Below, in pieces: positions 11,834 to 25,339 of a stretch of 64,000 nucleotides of DNA. The stretch is from Octopus sinensis (Eukaryota): positions 16,492,001-16,556,000 of the forward strand of contig NC_043000.1 in assembly GCF_006345805.1 (NCBI RefSeq). The letters run 5' to 3'. A program made the position numbers and the translations under genes. The notes under the pieces were generated by a model that worked only from the letters and a program-made list of their open reading frames with translations, made no database searches and was not told the DNA's origin. The number at the start of each line of letters is the position of its first letter. Position 1 is the first letter of the stretch.

Positions 11834-13398
11834 TAATGGATCATCCATAAATAGTACATTTTTTTCAACTGCATGAACTAAAAGTTGGAGGGGGATGGGA
11901 TAAGTACCTGCATCAGCTTGCTATAAAAGTAGGAAGTAATTTTACCTTGATTTTATTCTTAGTGCAAGTTTTGAAGAGTGCAGTTTGATTTTAACAGTTG
12001 TTTTTTCAAAGCTATAATAGAAGTGACAAAGGAGCATCTTCAGCATATTTTGCTTTATGAGTTCAATGAAGGCAACAACGCAACGGAAAGCGCAAGAAAT
12101 ATTAATGCAGTATATGGGGATCGGACAATAAGCGTGAGCCATTGTCAATGGTGGTTTCAGAAATTCCGGCACCATCCGAACGTGGCCGATGCCAGCACCG
12201 CCCCGACTGGCTTCTGTGCCGGTGGCACATAAAAAGCACGATCCGAACGTTGCCAGCGCGGCCTTGGCTGGCTTCCATGCCGCTGGCGCATTAAAAGCTC
12301 CAACCGATCGTGGACGATGCTGGACTCCCCCCCCCCAGGCACCTGTGCAGGTGGCACGTAAAAAGCACCCACTACACTCGCGGAGTGGTTTGCGTTACGA
12401 AGGGCATCCAGCTGTAGAAACTCTGCCTGATCAGACTGGAGCCTGGAGCAGCCACTGGCTTCCCAGACCCCGGTCGAACTGCCCAACCCGTGCTAGTGCG
12501 GAAAACGGACGTTAAACGATAATGATGATGATGATGATGATGAAACTAATGCGTAGAAGTCGAGCCACATTCTGGAAGACCTGTAGAGCTTGACCAGGGC
12601 GTCCTGCAAACCTTGGTAGAACAAAATCCCATCATAACTGTTGAGGGACTAGCAGAGAAGCTTGGATTTGATCATTCAACCATTCATCGACACCTGTGTG
12701 CCATTAGAAAAGTCAGCATATTGGATCAATGGGTTCCTCACAAACTTCCTGAATCTTATTGCATGCAGAGAGTGAATGTGTGCCCTTCTTTGTTGTCATG
12801 TCTCATGAATGAACCTTTTTTGGACCAAATAGTGACTAGTGACAAGAAATGAGTTCCCTCTAAAAATATCAACCTCCAAAGACAGTGAGTAGGGAAAAGA
12901 GAAACACCAGCACCCCAGGCTAAAGAAGCCCTTTACTCACGTAAGGTGTTGTTATCTGTTTGGTGGGATATGAAAGGTTTAGTCCACTTTGAACTTTTAA
13001 TCTCAAACCAAACAATAACAAAAGAGATCTACCTCAAGCAACTTGAGCAGCTTAAGTCAGTGTTAGAAGAAAAACAACCACCTTTGGTTTCAAGATGAAA
13101 GGTGTTCTTCCATCGGTATAATGCTTGGCCACATACAGCAAGGATGACATTCCAAAGGCTGGAGCAGTTTGAATGGGAAATGATGCCCCACCCACAGTAT
13201 TCACTGGACATTGCCCCATTTGATTACCATTTATTCTGCAGTCTTTAAAATCATTTGGATGGAAAAAATATGAATTCTGTAGATGAGGTCAGAACAGTAC
13301 TGGAGGAGTACTTTTTGTGACAGACAAGTGTATTTTGGAAGAGGGATCTTGAAAGTCTACCAGATAGATGGAAGAGCATTGTAGAAAATGAAGGAGAC
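11834..13398 (+). pseudogene. Mariner transposase relic, interrupted by an RTE 3' end and truncated by a SINE
   Basis: KEHLQHILLYEFNEGNNATESARNINAVYGD HTH, GRP, WVPHKL, VTSDKK, HPQYSLDIAPFDYHLF (YSPDLAPSDY-like); stops and frameshifts; 5' boundary approximate. Confidence 0.88.
12169..12543 (+). mobile_element. RTE LINE 3' end inserted in the mariner
   Basis: Terminal module with (GAT)n tail splits the transposase after ...FQKFR. Confidence 0.85.
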
Positions 13399-13600
13399 TC
13401 TCTTTTACTTGTTTCAGTCATTTGACTGTGGCTATGCTGGAGCACCACCTTTAATCGAGCAAATCGACCCCAGGACTTATTCTTTGTGAGCCTAGTACTT
13501 ATTCTATCGGTCTCTTTTGCCGAACCACTAAGTTACGGGGACGTAAACACACCAGCATCGGTTGTCAAGCGATGTTAAGGGGACAATTACAGACACACAA

Positions 13601-13637
<37 letters not shown>

Positions 13638-13800
13638 TAATATGATGGGCTTCTTTCAGTTTCCGTCTACCAAATCCACTCACAAGGCTTTGGTTGGCCC
13701 GAGGCTATAGCAGAAGACACTCGCCCAGGGTGCCACGCAGTGGCACTGAACCCGGAACCATGTGGTTTGTAAGCAAGCTACTTACCACACAGCCACTCCT
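13397..13800 (-). mobile_element. Family B SINE
   Basis: Full-length match to 2488-2886. Confidence 0.85.
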
Positions 13801-14289
13801 ACACCTAGAGAGAGTATATTTTAGATTTAAAAATAAATTTGTCTTAATTTTGAAAAATAAAAGAAGTATAAAAAAACCACATTATTTATGGGATGACCCA
13901 ATACTTCTACAATACATATTTACTAAACTATTTATTTACTTGTTTTAGTCATTGGACTGTGCCATGCTGAAGTATTGCCTTTGAATGTTTAGTTAGTCAT
14001 ACCAACCTCAGTACATATTTTTAAGTTTAAGTCTGGTATTATTTTATCAATATCTATTTGTTGAACTACTAAGTTACAGGATATAAATAAACAAACATGA
14101 ACAAGGATATGTTAAGGCAGTGTTAAACGTTCACTTTCCAACCACATGGCTTTGGGTTCAGTCCTACTACATGACACCTGATACCTTGGGCATGTATTTT
14201 CAGTCAAATTCTTATAAGTGTATTTAATAGACAGAAACTGAAAGAAGCCTGCTATGTATACAATAAATAAATAAGCAAATTAATTAATA

Positions 14290-14520
14290 AATGAATAGAT
14301 ATATATATATAGATGTAGATAGATAGATAGGTAGATAGATAGATGGATGGATGGATAGATAGATATGTAGGTGGGTGAGTGGATGGATAGATAGATAGGT
14401 AGATAAGTAGGTAGATAGATAGATGGGTGGAGAGATAGATGGATAAGTAGATAGACAGATGGGTGGATAGATAGATAGATGGATAGGTAGATAGACAGAT
14501 AGGTAGATATAGATATACCT
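14290..14520. repeat. Compound (GATA)/(GGAT)/(GGTA) microsatellite
   Basis: Direct reading. Confidence 0.9.
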
Positions 14521-15354
14521 ATAAGACACTTGCGTCTTATATACTTATATAATATATAATTATATACTTATATAGTATATATATATATGTATATATTTAA
14601 GTACATGTGTTTGTGTGTGTGTGCACGCATGTGCTTAGTGTCCTAATCATATAAGTGGTGCCTTTCATTTTCAGCCTTCCATGAAATCCTGCTTAGCCAT
14701 GGGGAAATCTTACAGGTGTGGGTTGGTAGCAGAAAAGGCAATCTTTCTGAATGAATGACAACTAAGCCAAACAAGTGTGGAAAAGGGAACATAAAAAATA
14801 ACAATGACAATGCTTTATTCATTCATGTGAATAAGATTTACTAATTCAAAAATAATACCCAAGGAGTAGAATACATTGTGTTCTTTAATAGATACTTCTT
14901 TAATCTTTTTATACCTTTCACTTGGTTCAGTCATTAGACTGTGGCCATGCTGGGGCACTACCTTGAAGAATTTTCTTAGTTGAATGAATAGACCCCCAGT
15001 CCTTATATGTTTTTTTTTAAGCCTTAATACTTATTCTATTGGTCTCTTTTGCCAAACTACTAAGTTACAGAGACATAAACACACCAACATCAGCTGTCAG
15101 GCACTGGTGGGGAACAAACACAGCCAGGGAAACACACACACACACATATATCCAATACAAGAAAATAAGCTACTCTTATAGGAATGTAAAAGATCCAATT
15201 TTCACTGGTTAACTGTTCAATACCCAACATATATTATTTATTAGAAAAATTTCTCCAATATAAATGGTTATATATATACAATATACAATAATAAAAGGAA
15301 AATGGAGAGTTAAAATTGACATCTTAATTTATTGATATAATATTATATCATTAT

Positions 15355-16115
15355 TATTGGGTTGTCTGGAAAGTTTGTGCTGATTTTTAAAGGAAAGAAA
15401 ACGGTCAATAAATACTTGCCATTACATTTTTAATCAACCAAATATGAACCATTTTGTTGCACAATGCGTCTCCATCTTTCCTTTAACTTGAAAATACCCT
15501 CTTCCCCGAATTGAGGTGGTTTCATGGCAAAGAATTCATCTAGGTATCTTTATACATCATGCAAGGAATTAAAATTTTTACCATTAAGACTATTCTGCAG
15601 AGACCTGAATAAGTGGAAATCCGAAAAAACAATATCTGGTGAATATGGAGGGTGGAGTAACACATCCCAGCCGAGCTGCAGCAATTTTTGTCTGGTTCCC
15701 AAAGAAACGTGTGGTCTTGCATTATCATGTTGGAAAACAACACCCTTCCTGTTGGCCAATTCTGGATGTTTCTCTTGAATTGCTGCTTTTAACTCGTCCA
15801 GTTGTGTGCAGTAGTTCTCAGAATTAATTGTCTGGTTACTTGGGAGAAGCTCATAGTACAGAATTCCTTTCTAATCCCATTAGACACAAAGCAAGACTTT
15901 TTTAGGGTGAAGACCCACTTTTGGGGTGGCTAAGGATGACTCATGTCGCTTACTCCAGGATCGTTTTCTCTGAACATTTCGGTAGATAATCCATTTCTCA
16001 TCACCTGTCACAATTTGCTTAAAAAAAGGCATGTTTCCATTCCGTTTATAAAGTGAATCACAGGCAGAAATGCAATCCTAAAAGTTCTTCTCATTCAACT
16101 CATGTGGTACCCAAA
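15355..16115 (-). pseudogene. Mariner (DD34D) transposase 3' part with terminal inverted repeat
   Basis: RKGVVFQHDNARPH...LLHPPYSPDIVFSDFHLFRSLQNSL; TATTGGGTTGTC terminus near 15355. Confidence 0.85.
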
Positions 16116-16127
16116 CATTATTATGTG

Positions 16128-16433
16128 CTGGTGGCACATAAAAAGCACCATCAGAACGTGGCCAGCGCCGCCTTGGCTGGCTTCCGTGCCGCTAGCACGT
16201 TAAAAGCTCCAACCGATCATGGCCGATGCCGGACCCCCCCTGGCAACTGTGCAGGTGGCACATAAAAAGCACCCACTACACTCGCGGAGTGGTTGGCGTT
16301 AGGAAGGGCATCCAGCCGTAGAAACTCTGCCAGATCAGACTGGAGCCTGGGGCAGCCCCTGGCTTCCCAGACCCCGGTCGAACCGTCCAACCCGTGCTAG
16401 TGCGGAAAACGGACATTAAACGATGATGATGAT
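16128..16433 (+). mobile_element. RTE LINE 3' end
   Basis: Terminal module plus (GAT)n. Confidence 0.8.
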
Positions 16434-16590
16434 AAAAACCTAGGTATGACTGAAAAAAAAACAAGGTAAAAGTTTTATTTTTCATTCCCTTCGAAATTGC
16501 TCTTAAATGTGGTTTTGGACGGTTTGACTGCTCCTTCTAGCATGTAAGGCTGCCTATTAAGGGTTGCCTCTTTTGTGTTTAAATGTACAC

Positions 16591-16628
<38 letters not shown>

Positions 16629-17131
16629 CGATGGGCTTCTTTCAGTTTCTGTCTACCAAATCCACTCACAAGGCATTGGTTGCCCCAAGGCTATAGTAGG
16701 AGGTACTTGTCCAATGTGCCATTCTGTGGGCCTGAACCTGGAACCATGTGGTTAAGAGGCAAACTTCTTACCACCCAGCCATGCCAGTTATAACATGCAT
16801 TCCGCTTTGATACACTTGAATAGAAACTAACATCCATTCATGTGGAATGAAATTAAATATATTCTATAAACAAGTAAGCAATTAAAGAGGTAATTGATAA
16901 GATCTTTTACCTAGGTGACCTAATTAGGTAGCGTGGTCTGAAAATATAAGATGATAAATTTGTTGCTGGTATTAGGGTTTCAATTGAAACTGTTGTAGGG
17001 ATTGTATTTATATTGTTGTATTTCGGAATGGTCATTTTGCCAGTTTAGCCAATAAAAACACACGCACTATATATTTGGTGTTACTTTGCTTCAGTGTTAT
17101 TTATTTTTTACATTAATCTTAATCTTATTTC

Positions 17132-17175
17132 GTCCAGAATTCTTTCGTCACACTCCTGTGACCTCATCAGTGGTC
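17132..17175 (-). ncRNA. Minimal type I hammerhead ribozyme motif
   Basis: Minus strand GACCA-CTGATGA-G-GTCACA(GGAG)TGTGAC-GAAA-GAAT-TC-TGGAC; predicted UUC cleavage triplet. Confidence 0.6.
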
Positions 17176-17489
17176 CTTTGCTTTCTTCTTTCATCCTTTC
17201 AGTGTCAATAAAATACAGTATCAGTCAAAGAGTGAGATTGATTCAATCAGCTATACTCCACACCAAACATCTGCAGGCTTCAAGAATGGCGCAGGGAATC
17301 AAATTTCCTCGAATTTTTGTTTATTTGATATTTTATCAACTCTGGAAGAAAGAATGGCAAAATCAATTCTGGTTGGATATGAGCTTATAACGTAAAGGGA
17401 GATAACTAAATACAACAAGGTATTTTGTCCCACGTTTTCTTGTTTTTGTCGCATCACCTCCTTTGTAAAGTTTAAGTGAGGACCGTAGC

Positions 17490-17950
17490 TGTGGCCTATG
17501 CCAGTGTTGTATAACTAGCCCGTTTAAGAGTACCCTTCAACCATTGGGCAATATACGATGCTTGAGAAGATCTATTGAATCAAGTGAAATCATTGTCATG
17601 GCCGATGCCACTACCACCTGACTGGCACCCGTACTGGCAGCATGTAAAAAGCACCATATGAACATGGTCGATGTCAGGCCTGCCCCTAATTGGTCCCATG
17701 CCAGTGGCATGTAAAAAAGCACCATTAAAGCGTGGTCGATGCCAGTACTGCCTGACTGGCCCCCTGTGCTGGTGGCATATAAAAAGAACCCACTACACTC
17801 TCAGATTGGTTGGCATTAGGAAGGGCATCCAGCTGTAGAAACTCTGCCAAATCAAGATTGGAGCCTGGTGCAGCCAACTGGTTTGCCAGTCCTCAGTCAA
17901 ACCATTCAACCCATGCCAGCATGGAAAGCGAACGTTAAAAGATGATGACT
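17490..17950 (+). mobile_element. RTE-family 3' UTR end (older subfamily)
   Basis: Sub-repeats plus terminal module with GATGATGA tail. Confidence 0.7.
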
Positions 17951-18354
17951 TCTAATACAAACACAAGGCCTCATAGTTGAGTGGAGGAATATAATTGATT
18001 ATATTTCCCTCAGTACTTGACTGGATTTGATTTTATCAATCTTTGGAAGGATGAAAGGCAAAGTTGACCTTGATGGGGTTTGAATGTAAAGGGCCATAAC
18101 TAAAAGTTTGAATCAAACATTTTGATACTCTAACAATTGTGCCAATCCACCACTCTTGTAAACTTTGTAATAACTGAGCCAACAGGGTAGCCTGTATGTG
18201 GTCACTTGGCCTGCTAGAAATAGCAGTGGATAATGCAGGCTCAGACATATGAAAATGAAACAGTCTTGTCATGATTGGAATGCTTTTAATCATTAGTCAG
18301 ATTAATCAGGACTGACCTAGGACTAAGCAACAACACCAGCAATAACAACTCTCT

Positions 18355-18760
18355 TTTACTCTCTCTTTACTCTTTTACTTGTTTCAGTCATTTGACTGCG
18401 GCCAAGCTGGAGCACCGCATTTAGTCGAGCAAATCGACCCCAGGACTTATTCTTTGGAAGCCTAGTACTTATTCTATCTGTCTCTTTTGCCGAACTGCTA
18501 AATTACGGGGACGTAAACACACCAGCATCGGTTGTCAAGTGATATTGGGGGGACAAACATATACACACACATACATATATATATATATACATATATACGA
18601 CGGGCTTCTTTCAGTTTCCGTCTACCAAATTCACTCACAAGGCTTTGGTCGGCGCAAGGCTATAGTTGAAGACACTTGCCCAAGGTGCCACGCAGTGGGA
18701 CTGAACTTGGAACCATGTGGTTGGTAAGCAAGCTACTTACCACACAGCCATTCCTGCGCC
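18355..18760 (-). mobile_element. Family B SINE
   Basis: Full-length match. Confidence 0.85.
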
Positions 18761-20274
18761 TGTATTTATGTTAACTTGTATGTTAACAATGAACATTATT
18801 TTTGCTGTTGTTATTTCACATCGGGTCAGCACTCATGAAGAAGATCTGTTATCAAAGGAGTTCTGTCCATGACCAACTCGTCCCTATTTTTTTCAGACTA
18901 TTTCAGACTACATACCCAAATATGTCCCTTTTCTAAGATGATAGTATGTGATTTAAAAATGATTTTGTTGCTATTTCTAGCAGGCTGGTTAAGTGATCGT
19001 GTAGCTTCCCTCTCCCCTACTGTGTTGTGCTAGTGGCCTTATTAAACATTGTTTTATAAAATATGTGTCACAAGTTTAATTCACAACATGCCATGTATAT
19101 AAATAATACATATAATAGACAGATACAGTGAAGGAGAGTACTCCATATACACATATACCTACCTACATAGCTACCTACCTACCTACATACATACATACAT
19201 GCATACATGCATGCATGCATGCATACACACATACATACGTACGTACACACACACACACACACACATACATATCATGAACGAATAGCCAAACTATTACCTC
19301 CCACTGCCTAAATACCAATCTTGAGAAATTAGGCTTCTCAAAGCCAGAAAGGTGAAAGCTAATTCGAAGACTACACATACAATCCATCACTGGAACTGTA
19401 AAAATCTGTAAAACTTTCCAGAAGTTTATCATATAGATATATGTGAGCATGTCTAGATATGCAGCTATATGCATGAGAATACATACATAAAACATACAAA
19501 TCTGCACATACATACATACAAAAATACCCTGTTGTTGATGTTGAGATTCTAATAAAAGAACCTTGGATCTAAGTTAGAAACCGGTTCTTTCTCTATTGGC
19601 AAGAAATCTTGAAAAATAAACTGAATTATGACATACATACATAAAGACTACATGCCTCTAAATGAAATATTACACCTGGTTTTGTTTTTAATTTTTCTAA
19701 AAAGATTACAATTGTTTTGATGTTATTGCACAGTTTCACCCAGTTTGTGTGTGTGTGTCTGTCTGACTGTCTGTCTGTCTGTCTGAGTCTGTGTGTGTCA
19801 GTTAAGCACTTAGCATATGTGTGGAGTAAAGTGGATACATTTATTCATAAGTGAATAGCCCTCCTGATAGCTCAACCTATTTCAACAAGTCTAGCTACAA
19901 CAGCTAAACTCACTTCATCAGGAACACATGGCTTTATACATGTAAGAGTTATGGGGCCCTGATGAAGTGAGTTTGGATGTTAGATTTGATGAAACAGACT
20001 GAGCTCTTTGCAAGACCATCAGTAAATACAGGTATGGACATACCTGTGTGGGTCTGAAAAGGGCTTTTGTGCATTCCCAGAGAATATAACCCTTAGAGGC
20101 ACTAGTGTTGAAATAGATTTACAATGAATGTAGAAACAGACACCGACATTTAGTTTTACAGTAGACATAAATTTGCATATAAATTTAGAAGTAAAATAAC
20201 ACAGATTATCAATACATTTACAACACTTACAAATATTAGAGTTAAATAATAAATACCTGATGATTTGGTGAATC

Positions 20275-21350
20275 TTATTGAGTTTGCAAAGCTTCTTGAT
20301 AAACAACATCTTTGGTCTTTCCTTGTGGGGCATAACTAAACAAATGATTAGGATTGCCGACTCTTGAGCATCCCACAAGTTGGCCATGGGAGAAAACTGG
20401 TTCTGTAAGGCTCATACCTACCACATCCAAGGACTGACCCTGGGCCTTGTTAATGCTCATTGCAAAGCTCAGTTTCAATGGGAATTACAGGCACTTGTAC
20501 TGGAAAGGCATATCCAAGGGAATAAGTGGAATTCTAGGAAGGAATACAGGCTCACCGCTTGCTTTAGCAGTCAAAATTGTTGTCTCCAAGACTGTTGGCA
20601 TCATCTTCTTTATTATAAGTCATGTGCCATCGCAAAGCTTTGGTGGATTGAGGTTTCAAAGTAGCATAACTGGTGCCCCAATCTTGAAGTGGGAGATGGG
20701 GTGGTGTTAGACTATTCAAGAATTCAACTGGATAATTCACAGCTTCATCAATCTTGAATAGTGTCAATGGAATTGTAGATGTGATGCTCACCTGGTAACT
20801 GTTCCAGAAGTTTCATGTTCAAATCGTCAACTATCACATTCCTTGGAGCTAAAATGGCATGGGTTTTCCACCAGTTGTTTTCTGTAAAAAGCACCCACTA
20901 CACTCTTGGAGTGGTTGGCGTTAGGAAGGGCATCCAGCTGTAAAAACACTGCCAGATCAGACTGGAGCCTGGTGCAGCCCCTGGCTTCCCAGACCCCGGT
21001 CGAACCGTCCAACCCGTGCTAGTGCGGAAAACGGACGTTAAACGATGATGATGATGATGATGATGATGATTCCTCAGGTTAGGAAACACCTTATTCATTA
21101 GTTCCTTTAAATCAGATACCATATGTCCAAAAGGCATGCTTTCCCAGCCATCCTTCTCACCAACTGAAGTGCCATTACCGACATCCAGCAGTTGCTTTGC
21201 AAAGGTTCTGTCTGCATCATCACCACTGAGCTGCAGTCTCGTGTTGGTTGTGAATCTCAGCTTTTGCACACGGCTCCATTTACCTCATCAGCTCTTGACC
21301 CCTTTGGAACCATGGGAAGGGTTTGTCTAAATCTCCTTCAAGCAGGACTG
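20275..21350 (-). pseudogene. Helitron PIF1-like helicase C-terminal relic
   Basis: GDFRQTLP-like motif near 21330, FAKQLLDVGNG, YPVEFLNSLTPP, SFAMSINKAQGQSLDVVG..VFSHGQL..SRV; frameshifted and split by an RTE 3' end at 20884-21070. Confidence 0.88.
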
Positions 21351-21387
21351 TGGCACCTTCGATGAGCCTAGTGTTGTATCTTAGATC

Positions 21388-21700
21388 CTAAAGGGCCATG
21401 CCAAGAGCTTCAAGGGAAACCTTTCTATCTAAAGCATAACCTTTACCTTCATAGCAGCTAACTATAATGTTACTACACCAGTCGTTGGAGATGGTGCCTT
21501 CCCGAATAACCTGATTAACTATACGGATGACTAAGCTGTATCTTATGCCACCGGAAATTTTAATCTTCTCAGCGGGGGCTTTCCCTGTCTTCATGTCCTT
21601 AATTGCCTTACCTATTGTGCTGCTATCAACTGTGATGGCTGGTCCCTCAATTGGTTCAATATTTGGTAAACTCTCCTTCTCCCATTCATTTTCCACATTT
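21388..21700 (-). pseudogene. RTE LINE reverse transcriptase N-terminal fragment
   Basis: AIKDMKTGKAP...DW...IIVSCYEGKG. Confidence 0.75.
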
Positions 21701-21717
21701 AGTAACCTTTCATATGT

Positions 21718-22104
21718 GGAGGCGCAATGGCCCAGTGGTTAGGGCAGCGGACTCGCGGTCATAGGATTGCGGTTTTGATTCCCAGACCAGGCATTGTGAG
21801 TTTATTGAGCGAAAACACCTACAAGCTCCACGAGGCTCCAGCAGGGGGTGGTGGTGATCCCTGCTGTACTCTTTCACCACAACTTTCTCTCACTCTTACT
21901 TCCTGTTTCTGTTGTACCTGTATTTCAAGGGGCCGGCCTTGTCACTCTCTGTGTCACGCTGAATATCCCCGAGAACTACGTTAAGGGTACACGTGTCTGT
22001 GGAGTGCTCAGCCACTTACACGTTAATTTCACGAGCAGGATGCTCCGTTGATCCGGATCAACCGGAACCCTCATCGTCATAACCGACGGAGTGCTTCCAT
22101 TCCA
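21718..22104 (+). mobile_element. Family A tRNA-derived SINE
   Basis: Full-length match to 130-514. Confidence 0.9.
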
Positions 22105-23001
22105 ACCATTCACACAAAACATTTCTTGAAAAAAATATACCTGTTGCCTGACTATGTTTCAAACTCTCTCGGCTACAACAAGAACTATGGGGACCAATAC
22201 TTTCTCCCAACGATGATGCAACAGCACAAAATGGCGATACAATACTTGCAGTAAAACGGTTTCAAACAGGTAGTGAGAAAATAACAAGGAATTGGTATTT
22301 ATTCGTTTTACCTCAGTTACTAATTTTGACTCCTATAGTAATTTCAAGTATTTGACAAAATGACAAAAAATGCTGAAAAAAGAAAGAAGGAAAAATATTT
22401 GATTTAATCAAAAACATGTGAACATAAAAGCAATAACTCTGAAGCCAAAATATATACTTTGAGCTGTTGAGAGACATAGTTTGCTAATTAAAACAAAATT
22501 CAAAATTTAAATTTTGACGTATATTCCCTAATTACTTGCTCTTTCATAAAATAAGACCAGTTTCCAATGCCTCAGTGAAATAATGAAGTTTACAAGTGAC
22601 AATATATGTCCGTCCATGTGTGTGTGCATGCATGCCTTTATTTGCAAGTGGTCATTCAAAGGTCATTGCTCAGTCATGCATTGAAAGAAAGAATTTGAAC
22701 TAGAAACAATAAAACTTCATTTTTTTTTCAATTGATTTCTTTATTTCTTTTTTGGATTTGGTTTGCAAGATTCTTTATATGAGTTTGTGTGTTGAAGTAT
22801 ATTCTGTTGTGTCTGGGTAGAGTCATTTTCTTTTTGTGCCTTATAATGTAACACACACACCGGTAAAATTTCCACTTATTTCTTATTTTTATTTTCCTAA
22901 AATTTTTGTTGAGTCTTGCAACCTTTTCAATAGTCTTGACTCTCTTTATTTCTATTTACATTCATACACACACATACATACATTCATACACACATACACA
23001 G

Positions 23002-23042
<41 letters not shown>

Positions 23043-23625
23043 TACATACAAAGATACAAACAAATATACATTTTCAGGAGTAGTAGTTTTTTCCTTCTCT
23101 GTCACAGTAGCACCAGTCCCCAAGAGAGAAATTGTAAGGAAACTGATGTCTCTAAAGTAGAAAAATCTAGATACTGTCTGCAAAGTGATTTTTTTTTATT
23201 GAATAAACTGCTGTCACTAAAGTGGAAAAATCTATGGTTATTTATCATTGAAGAGAAGCTATTACATTTTTTAAGAAGTTGAGATGTTTATAATTTGAAA
23301 GATGGCCTCTTCATGCAGAATTGCTGGGAAGTGGAGGGGCCTCCCTGTATTGAGCTTCCATATCTTTTGTAGAAAGGGGACCCTGATATCAAGGGTCCAG
23401 TGCAATTGCCCCCTTGGCATCACGGCCCTGGTAGATGACACATGTCCAAAGTGCCACACAGCAGGACTGAACCCAGAAAAATGTGGATGGGAAGCAAACT
23501 TCTTACTACACAGCCACACCTGTGCTTTTTTTTTTTTTCAATTAAATTTGAAAATAATGAAGAACTTAGCGAAGTAACTTTATCACTATTAAGCTGGTGT
23601 TTAGAATATATATTAGCATAGACGT

Positions 23626-23779
23626 AGGAGTGGCTGTGTGGTAAGTAGCTTGCTTATGAACTGCATGGTTCCGGATTCAGACCCACTGTGTGACACCTTG
23701 GGCAAGTCTCTTCTACTATAGCCTCGGGCCGACCAAAGCCTTGTGAGTGAATTTGGTAGACGGAAACTGAAAAGAAGCC

Positions 23780-23810
<31 letters not shown>

Positions 23811-24003
23811 CGTATATGTTTGTGTGTCTGTTTGTCCCCCCCCCCCAACATCGCTTGACAACTGATGGTGGTGTGTTTACATCCCCGTAACTTAGCAGTT
23901 CAGCAAAAGAAACCGATAGAACAAGTCCTGGGGTCGATTTGCTCGACTAAAGGCAGTGCTCCAGCATGGCTGCAGTCAAATGACTGAAACGAATAAAAGA
24001 GTA
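23626..24003 (+). mobile_element. Family B SINE
   Basis: AGGAGTGGCTGTGTGGTAAGTAGC head through AATAAAAGAGT tail. Confidence 0.85.
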
Positions 24004-24402
24004 ACAAGGAATTTTGAAGGAAGGTTTTAATTGAGATCACATGAAACAGGGAGCTTATGTCAGAGAACCAGAGGCAGTGTCTGGGAGGTTGTTCCCTAAA
24101 GGATTAAGAAAGGTCTAGTCACTAATTCTATTAATTAGATGAGTGACTCTACAAAGCCTTTGTCTTTCCAACTGTGTTGGAATCATGGTCAATTCACTTA
24201 TTAAGCATTGTGTTATAAAATATGTGTCACATGTTTAATTCACAACATACCATAAGTATAAATAATACATATGATAGACAGATTTAGTGATGAAAGGTAT
24301 TTGTAGGACATGTTGATTACACACCCAAACATTCATACATGCAAATTTATTAAAGTATGTCACGTTTTTAATTCACAATATGTGTTTGTGTGTATGTATA
24401 TA

Positions 24403-24468
<66 letters not shown>

Positions 24469-24777
24469 ATGTGTGCATATTTTATCTTTTACTTGTTTCA
24501 GTCCATCCAGGGGTACAGCCTTGAAAAGGTTTAATTCAACAAATCAAAGTCAGTATTTATTTTTAGGTCTGGAACATAAACAGCAATTGTGAAGCAGTGG
24601 TGGTGGTGGGGAAACATGACAGAAATGCAAAGACACACACACACACATACACACACATAGATATATATACAAGGTGGGGAAGCAAAACTTAGAATATAAT
24701 AGATAATTCACGAAATTGTTTATTTCACAACAAGCAACTTGACATAGATATAATTTTAACACAAGTTTATAGGAGTA

Positions 24778-25316
24778 CTAGCAGCATAGCCCGGCGTTGC
24801 CCGAGTATGTAAGAGCCCTTAGTAGGCAACGACTAATCCCAATCTAGTCCTTCCCCTCTAGGGAACGAAGGCGCATGTGTAAGTTGCAATGTTCTCTGTG
24901 TATACGATGTTCCTAGCTGTCCCTTTGGGCGAAAACGCGATTTCCCAAAATGGCATGATTTTATCGATTTTTTCTGATGGTAAGGTATTGCATGGAAAAC
25001 TAACGTCAGAATTAAGTTTCTTAGGGTAACATTAAGCTTCACCATGAGTTTGGTGAAAAGCGATTGCAAGTTGCGAAAACTACAACAGAAAATGTGTTGC
25101 ATATAAAAAGCTTAGATTCTCGACCCCATGTCGAATTTATCGATTTTTTTCAGAACTGGGGGAACTTTTCAAAATTTTCGCTGCGTTAGTTTTGAATTAT
25201 GACATTGGGCTATGTGTGTGTCAAGTTTCATCAGAATCGGTTGAAATCGTGGTCAGGGTGAGGGTACAACCTGACAGACACACAGACAGACAAACTGCCG
25301 TTTATATATAGAGAGA
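24778..25316 (-). mobile_element. Non-autonomous Helitron
   Basis: Minus strand A|TC...TATATATAAA start; 3' GC-rich hairpin CTCGGGCAACGCCGGG followed by CTAG|T; no TSD. Confidence 0.85.
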
Positions 25317-25339
25317 TAAAGAGACAACTTATTCAATAT

